Positions 1 to 12,800 of a DNA stretch of 64,000 nucleotides are shown in pieces. How positions within the stretch are numbered: position 1 is the stretch's first letter; each line of letters starts with the position of its first letter. The translations under genes were made by a program, and so were the position numbers. This stretch comes from Marsupella aquatica (taxonomy: Eukaryota; Plantae; Marchantiophyta): the NCBI GenBank assembly GCA_973895155.1, contig OZ316891.1:6543708-6607707 (forward strand), given 5' to 3'. The notes below the pieces were generated by a model. It ran no database searches and was not told the origin of the DNA. It worked only from the letters and a program-made list of their open reading frames with translations.

Positions 1-467
1 CAAGTGAGTTCAATGACGGTCCAGATTCAAAACCGAGATAAACGTGCTCATCGATTGTATAAGAGATTAGTTGAACTCAAAGTGCTTCCTACTGGATTAG
101 GAGCGATTTGGATGGGAGGCGTAGATCCTCAAGATAGTCTCAATCCGCTCCGAATTGAGTTTTGCAGAAAGAATGAGCAAGGAGTTCCGATTCGGTCAAG
201 AATTTTTTGAACGGTTGTCTGCATTCTGTTGATTCTTCGTGTAATTATTGTCGTGATGATGAAAACAAGTATCATCGATTGGCATACTTGTGTTGTCGAA
301 TTTGGAACGAAGATCCTTGGGTTAACTCTTCCCATTGAATCTACTTGATTCTAGGGTCACAAATATTTGGAGTTTTGTTCAGTATTCTTGGCTCTCAAAT
401 ATTTAGACATGATGTTTTTCTTTTGATCAAAGAAATAAAGTAATTGTTTTGATCCCTGTTTTGTAGG

Positions 468-764
468 CTCGGGGGTCTCACTATATGGGGACCTCCCCAT
501 CGCCTGCGACGTTTTTAGGGCTCGGACCCCCTAAAATGTAAGAAAAAAAAATTATTTTTTAACCCCTATAAAGTTGGAATATTCTTGGAATATTCTAAAA
601 ATTGGATTAAAAAGGCCCTAATGTTCTTATAAGTCTCAAAATTGAATTTAAAAGACCCTATTGTTCTTCTACAAAAATTCTTAAGTCTTCCCTTAGAACC
701 AATAAAATGACCCTATCCTTCGTCGCACGTGATATGCCATTTTTGTGGAAGTGAAACCCCCGAG
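468..764. mobile_element. 297-bp MITE, copy 1 (15-bp TIR CTCGGGGGT(C/T)TCACT, 8-bp TSD)
   Basis: Ends ctcgggggtctcact...agtgaaacccccgag; TSD tttgtagg at 460-467 and 765-772; near-identical copy at 37157-37453. Confidence 0.93.
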
Positions 765-847
765 TTTGTAGGTTCTTCAAACAGAGAACTTCTCCATTTT
801 CTCTATCACTCAAGGTATTCCTTTTTTCGTGTCAAATTGGTTTGGAA

Positions 848-1390
848 TGGCCGTCCCTCAAAACCTTGTCTTTGCAAGGTTAGCGACCATATTTGAGAAC
901 GAGAAGAAGAAACAAATTGAGCAGAAACGGAGCCGAAGGGAATCCGGACTACTTTTGGATGGACTTCCTGATGAGATTGTTGAAACGTTCATATGGCCTA
1001 TTTTGAAAGTTTCTTGCATCGAGGACGAATTTGATTCTTCCAAGATCTCGGCTGAAGAAAGACTCAGCCGATTAAAAGAAATGGTTTGGCTGGGATCCTC
1101 CTCAAAAAAAATGGAACCAGCTTGTAGTTTGTACACGAGTATGGGGTCTCCTTCGACTAGCACGAAGCCAGTTTGAGGGATTAAATGAATTGCTTGATAG
1201 CGTTCCCCATGGAGACCCACTTCAGAATGTTCATCTCGCAAACTTTTTTAGGATGGAAACTTTGAATCTTCCCCCAATCGATTTCCTTGGTTTGTTTTCG
1301 ACATCAGAACTAAGTCAATTTCAAGGGGACTGGCTAAATCTAGAGAAAGATCAACAAGCCAAACTAGTGGAAATATATGGACAAACTTGA
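848..1390 (+). pseudogene. F-box-like protein, frameshifted at a poly-A run near 1105-1111
   Basis: LLDGLPDEIVETFIWPIL, then after a 1-nt shift SKKWNQLV...RVW, continuing in frame into the 1190-1390 ORF; matches the F-box LP.E...S+.W..L pattern. Confidence 0.5.
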
Positions 1391-1883
1391 TTAATGTTCT
1401 ATCATTCATGCTTAGGTGTGCTCATGGTGAGCTACTTGTAAAAATGTTTTTCATGAATCAATATTTACTATCTTTTGTGGCACATCTTTGGACCAAACTC
1501 AGATTGTCAGCATTTTGCCCTGGCTGGCTTCCAGACCTTTAGTTTCTCGTTGCCAATAGCATCCAAATGAGGGTATCCCATATCGGATTACTCCACTATA
1601 TTTTTCCGTAAAACATTCTTCAAACCCTAAACCGCATACTAGATTAGCCGCGACTATTTCAAGCGACTATTTCGAGGAACTAACTGCCTTGTTACGTAGT
1701 GGACCCAGGAGAAAGTATAAATAAGAGTGCCTCCCCCAAAAGTTACGCTCATTTCTCATCTCTCACGCCGCCTCTCACTCTTTCCAAATACCCATTCTCC
1801 ATAGATATTTGTATTCCCTCGGCAGACACTCCATCACCAATTGAGAATACAATCTCCACGATATTTTCATACAAACTGGGAGG

Positions 1884-2286
1884 ATGAATCCGAAGTGGGA
1901 TACCGCGTATCCCACTTCGCATTCACTTTGGCCGAATTCTTGTTTGAGAAGAAAAATGCAATGAGATGTCGGGGATGAATATGAAGTGGAATACCGCGTA
2001 TCCCACTTCGCATTCAACATGCAAATCTTCAAAGTTATTGAAATCCTCAGCGCAACTAAGGGGATGAATCCAAAGTGGGATACACAGTATCCCACTTCGG
2101 ATTCATCTCCAAGATTTCATGCTTTCTTAATGAATAGCCAGAATAGGGGCGGTTCGATACGAAGTGGGATACCGTGTATCCCACTTCGCATTCATCCCCA
2201 AGAATTCATACTTTTTATATGAAAGAGCCGGAATAGGATGTGTTGGATACAAAGTGGGATACCGCGTATCCCATCTCGCATTCACA
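1884..2286. repeat. Five ~40-bp palindromes GAAT.C.AAGTGGGATAC-N3-GTATCCCACTT.G.ATTC at ~90-bp spacing, upstream of the MTase gene
   Basis: For example tgaatccgaagtgggatac cgc gtatcccacttcgcattca at about 1885-1925; others at about 1976, 2063, 2155 and 2245. Confidence 0.9.
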
Positions 2287-2341
2287 TATTGGATTATGGA
2301 CTTGTTGCTCAAGTGGACCATATTAGGCTTGAAATTCTAAC

Positions 2342-5290
2342 ATGTGGTTTGTTTTGCGCAGGATGTCGAACAAGTCAAGTGCTTTGGGTTCCTCTGGCTC
2401 TTCCCGACAAGCCATCATTGATGAAATCTGGAAAAAGGATCTCTATGTTGAGGAGAAATTCCTCAAGAACAAGTGGTATTTGTGTGATGCTCGTGAGCTT
2501 GATCTTCATCAAGCATATGCAGGCCCAGCATTATGGTTGATTGTCGTGAAGGGTAAAGAGCATTGCCACCAAGGATTGGTGATCGACACGGCCGAGTCGG
2601 ACATCGTTGATACAAAAACCAAGAAAGTTAAGAGGGTACCAATGTTTCTTTGCATTGGTGTTGATAAGACCTTCTCTGTGTTGGTTCTCAACTATGAGAA
2701 ACTTGATCGAGTCTCCATGAATGCATTTCCGGAAGACCCGATCACTCAGCTCGTGGCGGAGGCGCCTGATGTGGATGCATTTTTGTTTTGGTGCTTGAAT
2801 TATGTCTTCACGTCGTGGAAGGTGGTGCGGGACTTCATCAACATTGTGTATCGCTTAGTGGTTGGAGAAGACTTTAAGGGTCCCGAAAGAACTCCATTGA
2901 AGTTGAAGATACATAGGCCAACTAATCCGTCTGGGACAGTGGAGGGTTCGGAGACAACCACAACAAAAGAGCAGGCAGTTTCCGAGCCAAAGAACAAGAA
3001 GAAAGCACTAGCAACATCTGTTGGAAAATCTGGGGAAGGATCAGGTGCCACTATCTCCGAAGATCCTCTGAAAAAGAAGACTAAGTTGGATCGACGAGAA
3101 ATCCAAAAGAGAGTAGTGTCAATAGCTCCCCCTTCGCCTTTGAGATCGGTAGATGAGATTCCTCCAACTTCACAAGGTGGGCCATCCGTTGCATCGAAGG
3201 GGAAGGGTCCGATGATTCCAGGGGTTGGGAAAACATTGAAGAAGCACGAACCAATTTTCCAGATATTATTTAGATCAGGAAAAGTTTGGGACCTCCAAGA
3301 CCAGATCTTTGACATGTGGAACAGATTTGAGATCAAGGGGCAGACCAAACAAAAATCCCCTGTGAAGATAGTGAAGAAAGGGTCCAAGTTAAAGGCCGTG
3401 CCCGTCGTGAAACCTTTGAACAAGCTAGCAAATGGGCTAGCATTGACACCTTGGAGAGCGATCCAAGGGATTGAGCACGACCGGTTTTTGGAATCCCTTC
3501 TCCTTCAAGTCAAGGATCGAATGATCAGTCTAGAGCAAATGGCCAAAGAGGCCGAAAGTTACAAGAAGCTTGTGAAGATCAGTAAACTATTTGTGCAATT
3601 GTCTGGCCAACCAGACTAGGCAACTTGTAAACAGATGTTTCCCAAAGAGACGCAGTCTGCGGAGCTCGAAAGATGGAGTGGAAAACTCTTGGATGTGGTA
3701 AGTTGATTTTGTGTTTTCAAAGGTTGAATTCAAAACTGGATACGCGTATCCCATTTGGGATTCACAATCGATTCTGGCTCCATTCAAGTTGTTTCTTTCT
3801 TTTTGTCTGGGTGGAATCCGAAATGGGATACGGGGTATCCCATTTCGGATTCGACCCCAGGTTTTGGCTGTGTTAGCGTTGTTCCTTTGATTTTCCCTAG
3901 GTGGAATCCGAAATGGGATACCCCGTATCCCGTTTGGCATTCAACCCCGGGTTTTGGCTGTGTATGCGTTGTTCCTTTGAGTTTCCCTAGGTGGAATCCC
4001 AAATGGGATACCCCGTATCCCATTCGGGATTCAAGTTGGAGTTTGAGGGTTAGAAGCATGATTCACCAGATTTATTTAGTCGAATACCGAATGGGAGACT
4101 CGGTATCCCTCTTGGTATTCAGTGCATTAACTCTGGTGCCTTGATGTTTTATAGTTGAAAGCCTTCTCGAAGAAGAAGAACAAAATGGTTCAAGTGTCAA
4201 ATGATGGCGAGGAGACTGTTGAGGAGGAGCTTAGTTCCGATGTTATCCCCCTTGGTTTTAAGAATATGGTTCAGGAAGCTATTGAGAATTATAATCGTCG
4301 GATTGGTATCGATACTGTTCAAGCGGAATCAAGCGACCACCGTTGGAAAAATTCTGATGGAAATTTCATCAACTACACTCTCCACTGTGGAGATGTCCGG
4401 GCGCTTGATAGGTTCTTGGAGAAACGGCCTTACACACTTGCAGTCGCCGACATTCCTTATGGATTCAATGCCATCGGCTCTGAGAATGATGAAGTTCCAT
4501 TTTCAGAGAAAGATATTATTGATACATGGTGAAATGTTTTGCTAAGGTGACTACTTCACCTATGTGGAGGTTTGTTGTTATTCATTCGCTGCAACAAAGT
4601 GTCTCCGTTTTGAATGCTTTGGGAAAGACTTGCAACGCTGGAGTTGAGGCAGGAATTTGGGAGAAGCCAAATGTACATGCACACCCCTCCGGGAATAGGC
4701 TAGCTTGGGCGTTTGAGAACTGGTCCATTGGATATTATAATGAAGGTGGTATCAGGACCAGGGAAATGTACAATTTCGAGCATGATGAAAAAAGAATCAA
4801 CATCATCAAGGTTCCTTGTGTTACCAAAAAATGTGTAACACCCTTAGGGGAAGTAGTGAATCCGTATCAGAAGCCGATAGCCCTCACAGACTGGTTCATC
4901 AAGCATTTTAGTGAAGAAGGAGATTGGATTGTTGATTTATGCGCTGAAAGTGGGTCCACTTCGTGTGCGGCTTTGTTGGCAAAGCGACATGTTACAGCTT
5001 TGGAGTTGAGTGCTCAACAAATAGACTGTATCTAGACTCGACTAGTCACGCTGGATGAATCATGGGACTTGAATGAGGAAGCAATTGAGGAGGGTACAGG
5101 GCCGATGAGTTTTGAGATACAACCACCGATTGGTGGTATGACAAGCACTCTCACCACCGGACCTTGCATCATTACAACCACGGCTGAGAATGATGATGAT
5201 GTAGATGAAGACGAGGAGCAGGAGGAAGAGGAAGCAGAAGCTCCGGCATTAGATCTTGGCTCATTCCTCGAGGTGTCGAGATTATTTTGA
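2342..5290 (+). pseudogene. Two-exon gene: uncharacterised N-terminal region fused to a beta-class N4C/N6A DNA methyltransferase (exons 2342-3697, 4155-5290)
   Basis: Phase-0 intron GTAAGT 3698..ATAG 4154. Motifs LHCGD, LAVADIPYG (motif IV, DPPY-like), NPYQKPIAL, EEGDWIVDLCAESGSTSCAA (motif I) in beta order. Lesions: TAG 3617, frameshift near 4525, TAG 5033. Confidence 0.85.
3725..4122. repeat. Five GGGATAC-N3-GTATCCC palindromes (~90-bp period) filling the MTase intron
   Basis: gaatccgaaatgggatac ggg gtatcccatttcggattc at about 3814-3852; copies at about 3730, 3904, 3994 and 4082. Confidence 0.9.
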
Positions 5291-6714
5291 GATTAGATTG
5301 CTGCAAATGAGATTTCCCCAAATTGTATATGAACTTCTGGAAATATTCCAAGAGATTTAGATGTTCTTATGTGACAATAATGTCCTTGCAGGATCCACCA
5401 AAGGAGGTTATTGAATTGAAAAGTGTTCTTCATAGATTTTTGCACAATCCTTTTGTTGGTCATCTCCTCAATCAAGAAACATTGGAACAACTTGAACCCG
5501 ACCAATATTTGGGTGACGAAATTATGGAATTTTACCCAGAGTCCCAAACAGAAGAACAGGGAGATCTTGCTCCAATGGTAAACACGTTATCCTCCTTTTT
5601 TTATCCTTGGATGGCATCAAGGATTGAAAAAGAACCAACACATGAATCCCTTAAAGAATCTTTACAGAAAATGCGAGGTTATTACAAGCCACCATTTTCC
5701 AAGATTGAGGTTATTCTTATGCCAATTCACATGAGTGGCCATTGGAGTTTGGTTGTCATATGTTTGGATCGATCTCAATCTTTGATCCAAATGTATCATC
5801 TAGACTCACTTGCTGGTCGATCTACATGAAACTCATGTAATTGAATCGGCACTGAAAAGGTGAAAGACTTAACTTTATCTTCTAGTACTATTTGTTTTTC
5901 AAATGAGATTATTTAATTCATGTGATTATAAATGCTACTTTAACTAAGGAATCACTTTCAATGACTTGCAGATATTTCACAATAGAATGGGAACTATTTT
6001 TTGGAAAAGTGCCATTGGGTGTTATGGAGATGTGGAATCCAAAGGTATGTAATTTGTTTCATTTTTAATTCTTTTTATCTCTCTATTCATTAAAACTAGA
6101 AAATTCTTTGATCTTTGGACATTTGGGCACTAAAATACATATTTTTGGGCACAAGAATTGTACATTTGGGTAGTGAAAGTTGTACATTTGGGCACCATTT
6201 AATGTACATTTGGGGAATCAAGATTGTACATTGGGGAAAAATAAATATTAATTTGGATTCTAAAGAAAAACATTTGGGTGATAGAAATATAAAATGTGTT
6301 GGATAATAAATAAAACATTCATCTAGTCTAATAATTAAGATATAAGCTTGGATATGATCTCTACCCTAATCTTATGCTTTGATCATTAATAGGGTTCTAA
6401 ATTCATGTTATTCTAGTTGCTTGGAACTCTCCACACTAAAAGCAATTCTACACAAGAATCCAATATCAAATTACTCAAGAATCCAATATCAAATTACTCA
6501 AGAATCCATCAAGAACAATTTTACTAGAGCCTTCATAATAGGCCACACAAGAATCCAATATCAAATTACTCAAGAATCCATCAAGAACAAGTTTAAACTG
6601 AGACTCTAGATGAATTCAGAAGTGCATAAACCCCCTATGCAGTCATTTTCTACACATCAAATATGGAAAGAAATGCATGTACAATGCTTCACATGAGAAC
6701 TATCTAGTTAAACA

Positions 6715-8705
6715 TGTGGGAGAAAGAATAACAATGGGATGGGCGACCTCTCACTTGAAGCTATGCACCAAATTTGGCGCTCCAAATTTTGCTAGTTTCC
6801 ATATACTCCTCATGTAGTGTTGGCCATCAACGTCAATAGTAGTGGGTGCAGCAGCTAAACCAAATATTTGGAGCTCCACATTGTGCTAGTTTTTAAAATA
6901 ATATAACTGTCACTATTGCTGGCCAAAATTGCACCATCCCCAAGGCAACCTTAACTCCAAAACTGCACCATCCTAGAGGCAACCTTAACTCTCCATCAAT
7001 GACCAACAAACCTCTTTTCCTCACAAAAGTACCTACCCAAAGAGACAACAGTTGTTGGCTCTAGATGATCTTGAGGTAAAATAGTGATCCTCAATAACCA
7101 AGGAAATCATTCTAAAGATTCTCAACTATCACTAAACCCTTACACAAATGTAAAATAAGTTGTTAGCTATAGTTGATCTTGAAGGAAAATTGAGACTTGT
7201 AATTGCCTCAAAAAATCATTATATAGCAATTTCTCAAAAATCATCAAGAGACCTCAATTAATGAAAAGCTTACACAATTGTTGGCTCTTGATGATCTTGA
7301 GGTAAAATCAAGGCCCCTAAATTTCCAAGGAAACTGCTCTAAAGATGCTTCACTATCAAGAAATATATATCCAAAGCTTACACAATTGTTGGCTCTAGAT
7401 GATCTCGAGGTAAAATAAAGGCCTCTAAGCTTCCAAGGAAACGGTTGTGAAGATGCTTCACTATCAAGAAATACGTATGTGTGGGAGAAGGAATAGCAAT
7501 GGGATGGATGAACTCTCACTTGAAGCTATGCACCAAATTTGGAGCTCCAAATCTTCCTAGTTTCCATATACTCCTTACGTAGTGTTGGCCATCAACATCG
7601 ATACTAGTGGGTGCAGTGGCTGGACAAAATATTTGGGGCTCTACGGCTCCACGTCTCGCTAGTTTTCAAATACAACTATCACTATCACTAGCCAAAATTG
7701 CACCATCCCAAAGGCAACGTCAACTCCAAAATTGCACCATCCCAGAGGCAACCTTAACTCTCCATCAATGACCAACGAACCTCTTCTCCTCACAAAAGTA
7801 CCTACCCAAAGAGACAACAATTGTTGGCTCTAGATGATCTTGAGGTAATAGTGATCCTCAATAACCAAGGAAATCATTCTAAAGATTCTCAACTATCACT
7901 AAACCCTTATACAAATGTAAAATAAGTTGTTAGCTATAGTTGATCTTGAGGGAAAATTGAGACTTGTAATTGCCTCAAAAAATCATTGTAGCAATTTCTA
8001 ATCATCAAGAGACCCAATGAAAAGCTTACACAATTGTTGGCTCTAGATGATCTCGAGGTAAAATCAAGGCCCCTAAATTTCCAAGGAAACTGCTCTGAAG
8101 ATGCTTCACTATCAAGAAATACGTATCCAAAGCTTACACAATTGTTGGCTCTAGATGATCTCAAGGTAAAATAACGGTCTCTAAACTTCCAAGGAAACGG
8201 TTGTGAAGATGCTTCACTGTAAAAAAATACGTATCCAAAGCTTACACAATTGTTGGCTCTAGATGATCTCGCGCAAGGCAAAATGAAGGCCCCTAAACTT
8301 CCAAGGAAACCAATGTAAAGATGTTTCACTATCAAGAAATATGTATCCAAAGCTTACACAATTGTTGGCTCTAGATGATCTCGAGCCTGTAACACATGGG
8401 CCTCTAACTTGAAAGAAAACCGTTGTGAAGATGCTTCACTATCAAAAAATATGTATCCAAAGCTTACACAATTGTTGGCTCTAGATGATCTTGAGGCAAA
8501 ATAAAGGTCCCTAAGCTTCCAAGGAAACCGCTGTGAAGATGCTTCACTGTCAAGAAATATGTATCCAAAGCTTACACAATTGTTGGCTCTAGATGATCTC
8601 AAAGTAAAATGGGGACTCTAACTACCACAAAGATCACTACGAATGCATCCCTCACCCTAAACAAACCCTCGCCAAAGCTACAATAAACTCTTGGCTCTAG
8701 ATTAT
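6715..8705. repeat. ~765-bp tandem duplication (6715/7480) running into a ~109-bp tandem array with core GCTTACACAATTGTTGGCTCTAGATGATCTCGAG
   Basis: Core at about 7268, 7376, 8024, 8132, 8241, 8352, 8462 and 8570. Confidence 0.9.
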
Positions 8706-9459
8706 CTAGCTAGAGATAAACTAGATAATTGCTATAGAAATTGGTAGGGTTATGGGTTTAGGGTTTTCTGCCCCCAAAACCTGGCCTGATCTATCCTTAA
8801 CCAAAGCTCAGACCAATAGAAATATTAGCAAGGAGGAGCTCAAGAGACTTGGAGAGAGGGAGAGCGAGAGGAAGAGCAAGAGGAACAGAGAACAACATGA
8901 CAACAAAAATGAAACTAGTAAAATGATCCTCGCAACTGGGAACAAAGGATTATATGCCACCGACTGACTCACGAGAGGGCCCAACAATCTGCGTACGGAT
9001 TTGTGTACGGATTGCTTTAACTGCACACCAAGGGCATACGGGTTGCATTAAATGCTTTATCATACCTGACACACTTATGCCTCTCTCATACTTGTATCTA
9101 CCTAGTGTTGCCTTTGGACATGACATACGGTGCGTTGAGGAGATTTGAATTCCGATCATTTGCATTTTTATCTTTCCTCTTTCTTGCAAGAGCTCCTCCC
9201 TTCTTGCTCTTGCTTTGAGATCTTGGTTGTAGCCTCTAGATCTTAGTTTTAGCTTGGGTCGAGATCTATGTGCTAGCCTCAAGATCTTAGTTTTAGCTTG
9301 GGTTGAGATCTGTGGGCTAGCCTCGAGATCAATATGGTAGCCACATGGTTTTAGTGCTAGACTATAGGGTCAAGATCGGAGTCGAATCAGTTGTCACCAC
9401 TCATGATCGACCACGTGTCATCCATCAATTGCTTGTTGCGATGTCCACTCGGAGCACTA

Positions 9460-12400
9460 GGAGACTCTAGATCATCTTGAGCTTCTTGTCTTGACTTTGG
9501 TTTTATAGTGTAGAATATTGAAGCACTTGGAGGCTCTAGATCGAGCCTCTTGCATGTCTTCATTTTGGTTTAAGAGTGCAAAAATTGAAGCGCTTGGAGG
9601 CTCTAGATCATCTCGAGCCTCTTGTCTTGACTTTGGTTTCATAGGGTAGAAAATTGAAGTGCTCGAAGACTCTAGATCATCTCAAGCCTCTTGTCTTGAC
9701 TTTGCTTTTATAATGTAGAAAATTGTAGCACTTGGAGGCTCTAGATCACCTTCAGCCTCTTGTTCTGCCTTTTATTTTAGAGTGCAGAAAATTAAAGTGC
9801 TCGGAGGCTCTAGATCATCTCAAGCCTATTGTCTTGACTTTGGTTTTAGAGTCCAAAAACTTCAAGCGCTCGGAGGCTCTAGATCATCTCGAGCCTCTTG
9901 TCTTGACTTTGGTTTTAGAGTGCACAAAATTGAAGTGCTTGGAGGCTCTCTAGATCATCTTGAGCCTCTTGTCCTTAGTTTGGTTTTACAATGTAGAAAA
10001 TTTCTTGGAGGCTCTAGATCATCTCGAGCCTCTTGTCCTTAGTTTTGTTTTACAGTGTAGAAAACTTCTTGGAGGCTCTAGATCATCTCGAGCCTCTTGT
10101 CCTAACTTTGGTTTTAGGGTGCAAAAAATTGAAGCGCTTGGAGGCCCTAGATCATCTCGAGCCTCTTGTCCTTAGTTTTGTTTTACAGCGTAGAAAACTT
10201 CTTGGAGGCCTCTAGATCATCTCGAGCCTCTTGTCCTAACTTTGATTTTAGGGTGCAAAAAATTGAAACGCTTGGAGGCTCTAGATCATCTCGAGCCTCT
10301 TGTCTTGACTTTGGTTTTAGAGTGCACAAAATTGAAGCGCTTGGAGGCTCTCTAGATCATCTCAAGCTTCTTGTCCTTAGTTTTGTTTTACAATGCAGAA
10401 AACTTCTTGGAGGCTCTAGAACATCTCGAGCCTCTTGTCCTTAGTTTTGTTTTACAGTGTAGAAAACTTCTTGGAGGCTCTAGATCATCTCGAGCCTCTT
10501 GTCCTAACTTTGGTTTTAGGGTGCAGAAAATTGAATCGCTCGGAGGCTCTAGATCATCTCGAGCCTCTTGTCCTTAGTTTGGTTTTATAGTGTAGAAAAC
10601 TTCTTGGACGCTCTAGATCATCTCGAGCCTCTTGTCCTGACTTTGGGTTTAGGGTGCAGAAAATTGAAGCGCTCAGAGGCTCTAGATCATCTTGAGCCTC
10701 TTGTCCTGACTTTGGTTTATAGTGTAGAAAATTTCTTGGAGGCTCAGATCATCTCGAGCCTCTTGTCCTTAGTTTGGTTTTCTAGTGTAGAAAACTTCTT
10801 GGAGGCTCTAGATCATCTCGAGCCTCTTGTCCTGACTTTGGTTTTAGAGTGCAAAAAGTTGAAGCGCTCGGAGGCTCTAGATCATCTTGAGCCTTTTGTC
10901 CTTAGTTTTGTTTTACAATGTTGAAAACTGCGTGGAGACTCAAGATCATCTTAAGCCTCTTGTCTTGACTTTGGTTTTAGAGTGCAGAAAATTGAAGCCC
11001 TCATAGGCTCTAGATCATCTCGAGCCTCTTGTCTCGACTTTGGTTTTAGAGTGCAGAAAATTAAACTGCTCTGAGGCTCTAGATCATCTCGAGCCTCTTG
11101 TCCTGCCTTTGGTTTGAAAGTGCACAAAATTAAAATGCTTGGAGTCTCTAGATCATCTCGAGACTCTTGTCCTGACTTTAGTTTTAGAGTGCAGACAATT
11201 AAAGTCCTCGGAGGATCTAGATCATCTTGAGCCTCTTGTCTTGACTTTGGTTTTAGAGTCCAAAAACTTCAAGCGCTCGGAGTCTCTAGATCATCTCAAG
11301 CCTCTTGTGCTGACTTTGGTTTTAGAGTGCACAAAATTGAAGCGCTTTTAGATGCAGCCTGTGGGAGGGAGCCTGTGGGAGTGGCGCAGCTTTTTGTCTT
11401 GCACCAGATTCTCTGGAGGCTCTGGATTGGGAGAAACACTCACATGTTTCAGACGGGGGGGGGAGACGTGTGTTTGACCTGGGACTTGTCCTGTCGGAGG
11501 CAGTGGAGAACTTATTCGCTACTGGTCGGCGTTGCCCCCATGGTAGGAGGTGCACTCGCCTGCTATGGGCCAAATCATGTATTGATGGGCTTTGCAGGAG
11601 CTGGCTCGATGGTGGGGGGACCAGTTTCACTTCCGCTGGATGACTCTGATTTTTCTGTGAGGTTGGAACGTTGAGACCAATGAATGTATGGTTCTGGGGG
11701 CAGGGATGCCCTATGGCTGGTTATTAGGTTGTGTGGTCGTCCTCTTTTGCTGTTAGGTATCGCCGGGGAGGTTAATTCCTTGCCTGATGTGGGATTAAGG
11801 TGATTTTTTGAGGTTTGGTCCTCTGTTCTGTCTTGGCTGTCTCCCGTGAATATGATCTGTTTGTGCGCCCTCCCCGTGGGGCTTTTCGCAGGGGAACTGA
11901 AATTTATAAAATGGCTACCATTCCAAGGAAAATTGAAGTGCTTGGAGGCTCTCTAGATCATCTCGAGCCTCTTGTCCTTAGTTTGGTTTTACAGTGTAGA
12001 AAACTTCTGGGAGGCTCTAGATCATCTCGAGCCTCTTGGCCTGACTTTGGTTTTAGAGTGCAAAAAATTGAAGCGCTTGGAGGCTCTAGATCATCTGAAA
12101 CCTCTTGTCCTAACTTTGGTTTTAGAGTGCAAAAAATTGAAGCGCTCGAAGGCTCTAGATCATCTCAAGCCTTTTATCTTGACTTTGGTTTTAGAGTGTA
12201 GAAAATTAAAGCGTTTGGAGGTTCTAGATCATCTCGAGCCTCTTGTCCTGCCTTTGGTTTTAGACTGCACAAAATTAAAGCGCTTGGACCGAGGCTCTAG
12301 ATCATCTTGAGCCTCTTGTCTTGACTTTAGTGTGAGAGTGCATAAAATTGAAGCGATTGGAGGCTCTAGATTGTATAAAGCCTCTTGTCTTGACTTCTGT

Positions 12401-12800
12401 TTTAGAGTGCAAAAAATTGAAATAGTCTAAGGCTCTAGATCATCTCGAGTCTCTTGTCTTGACTTCTGTTTTAGAGTCCAAAAACTTCAAGTGCTCGGAG
12501 GCTCTAGATAGTCTCGAGACTCTTAGCTTGTCCTGACTTTGGTTTTAGACTGTGGAAATTGAAGCGCCTGAAGGCTCTTGATCATCTCAAGCCTCTTGTC
12601 CTAACTTTGGTTTTAGAGTGCTGAAAATTGAAAGCGCTTGGAGGCTCTAGCTCATCTCGAGCTTCTTGTCTTTGACTTTGGTTTTAGAGTGCAAAAAATT
12701 GAAGTGCATGGAGGCTCTAGATCATCTCGAGCCTCTTGTCCTTACTCTGATTTTAGAGTCCTGAAAACTATTAGCACTTGGAGGCTATCGATCATCTGGA
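9460..12800. repeat. ~63-68-bp satellite (roughly 40 units) with quasi-palindromic core GAGGCTC-TAGATCATCTC-GAGCCTC; interrupted at ~11350-11927
   Basis: Continuous ggaggctctagatcatctcgagcctcttgtc units; the ORFs here (EALDHLEPLV repeats) are repeat artefacts. Confidence 0.95.

Noticed and set aside
1884-4122. CRISPR-like look of ~40-bp palindromes with ~50-bp spacers
   Set aside because: Several spacers are copies of each other, the repeats are degenerate, there are no cas genes, and the context is a spliced eukaryotic locus.
4155-5290. Bacterial contamination or a restriction-modification operon
   Set aside because: The MTase is joined by a GT-AG intron, neighbours intron-containing genes and plant TEs, and no endonuclease is recognisable.
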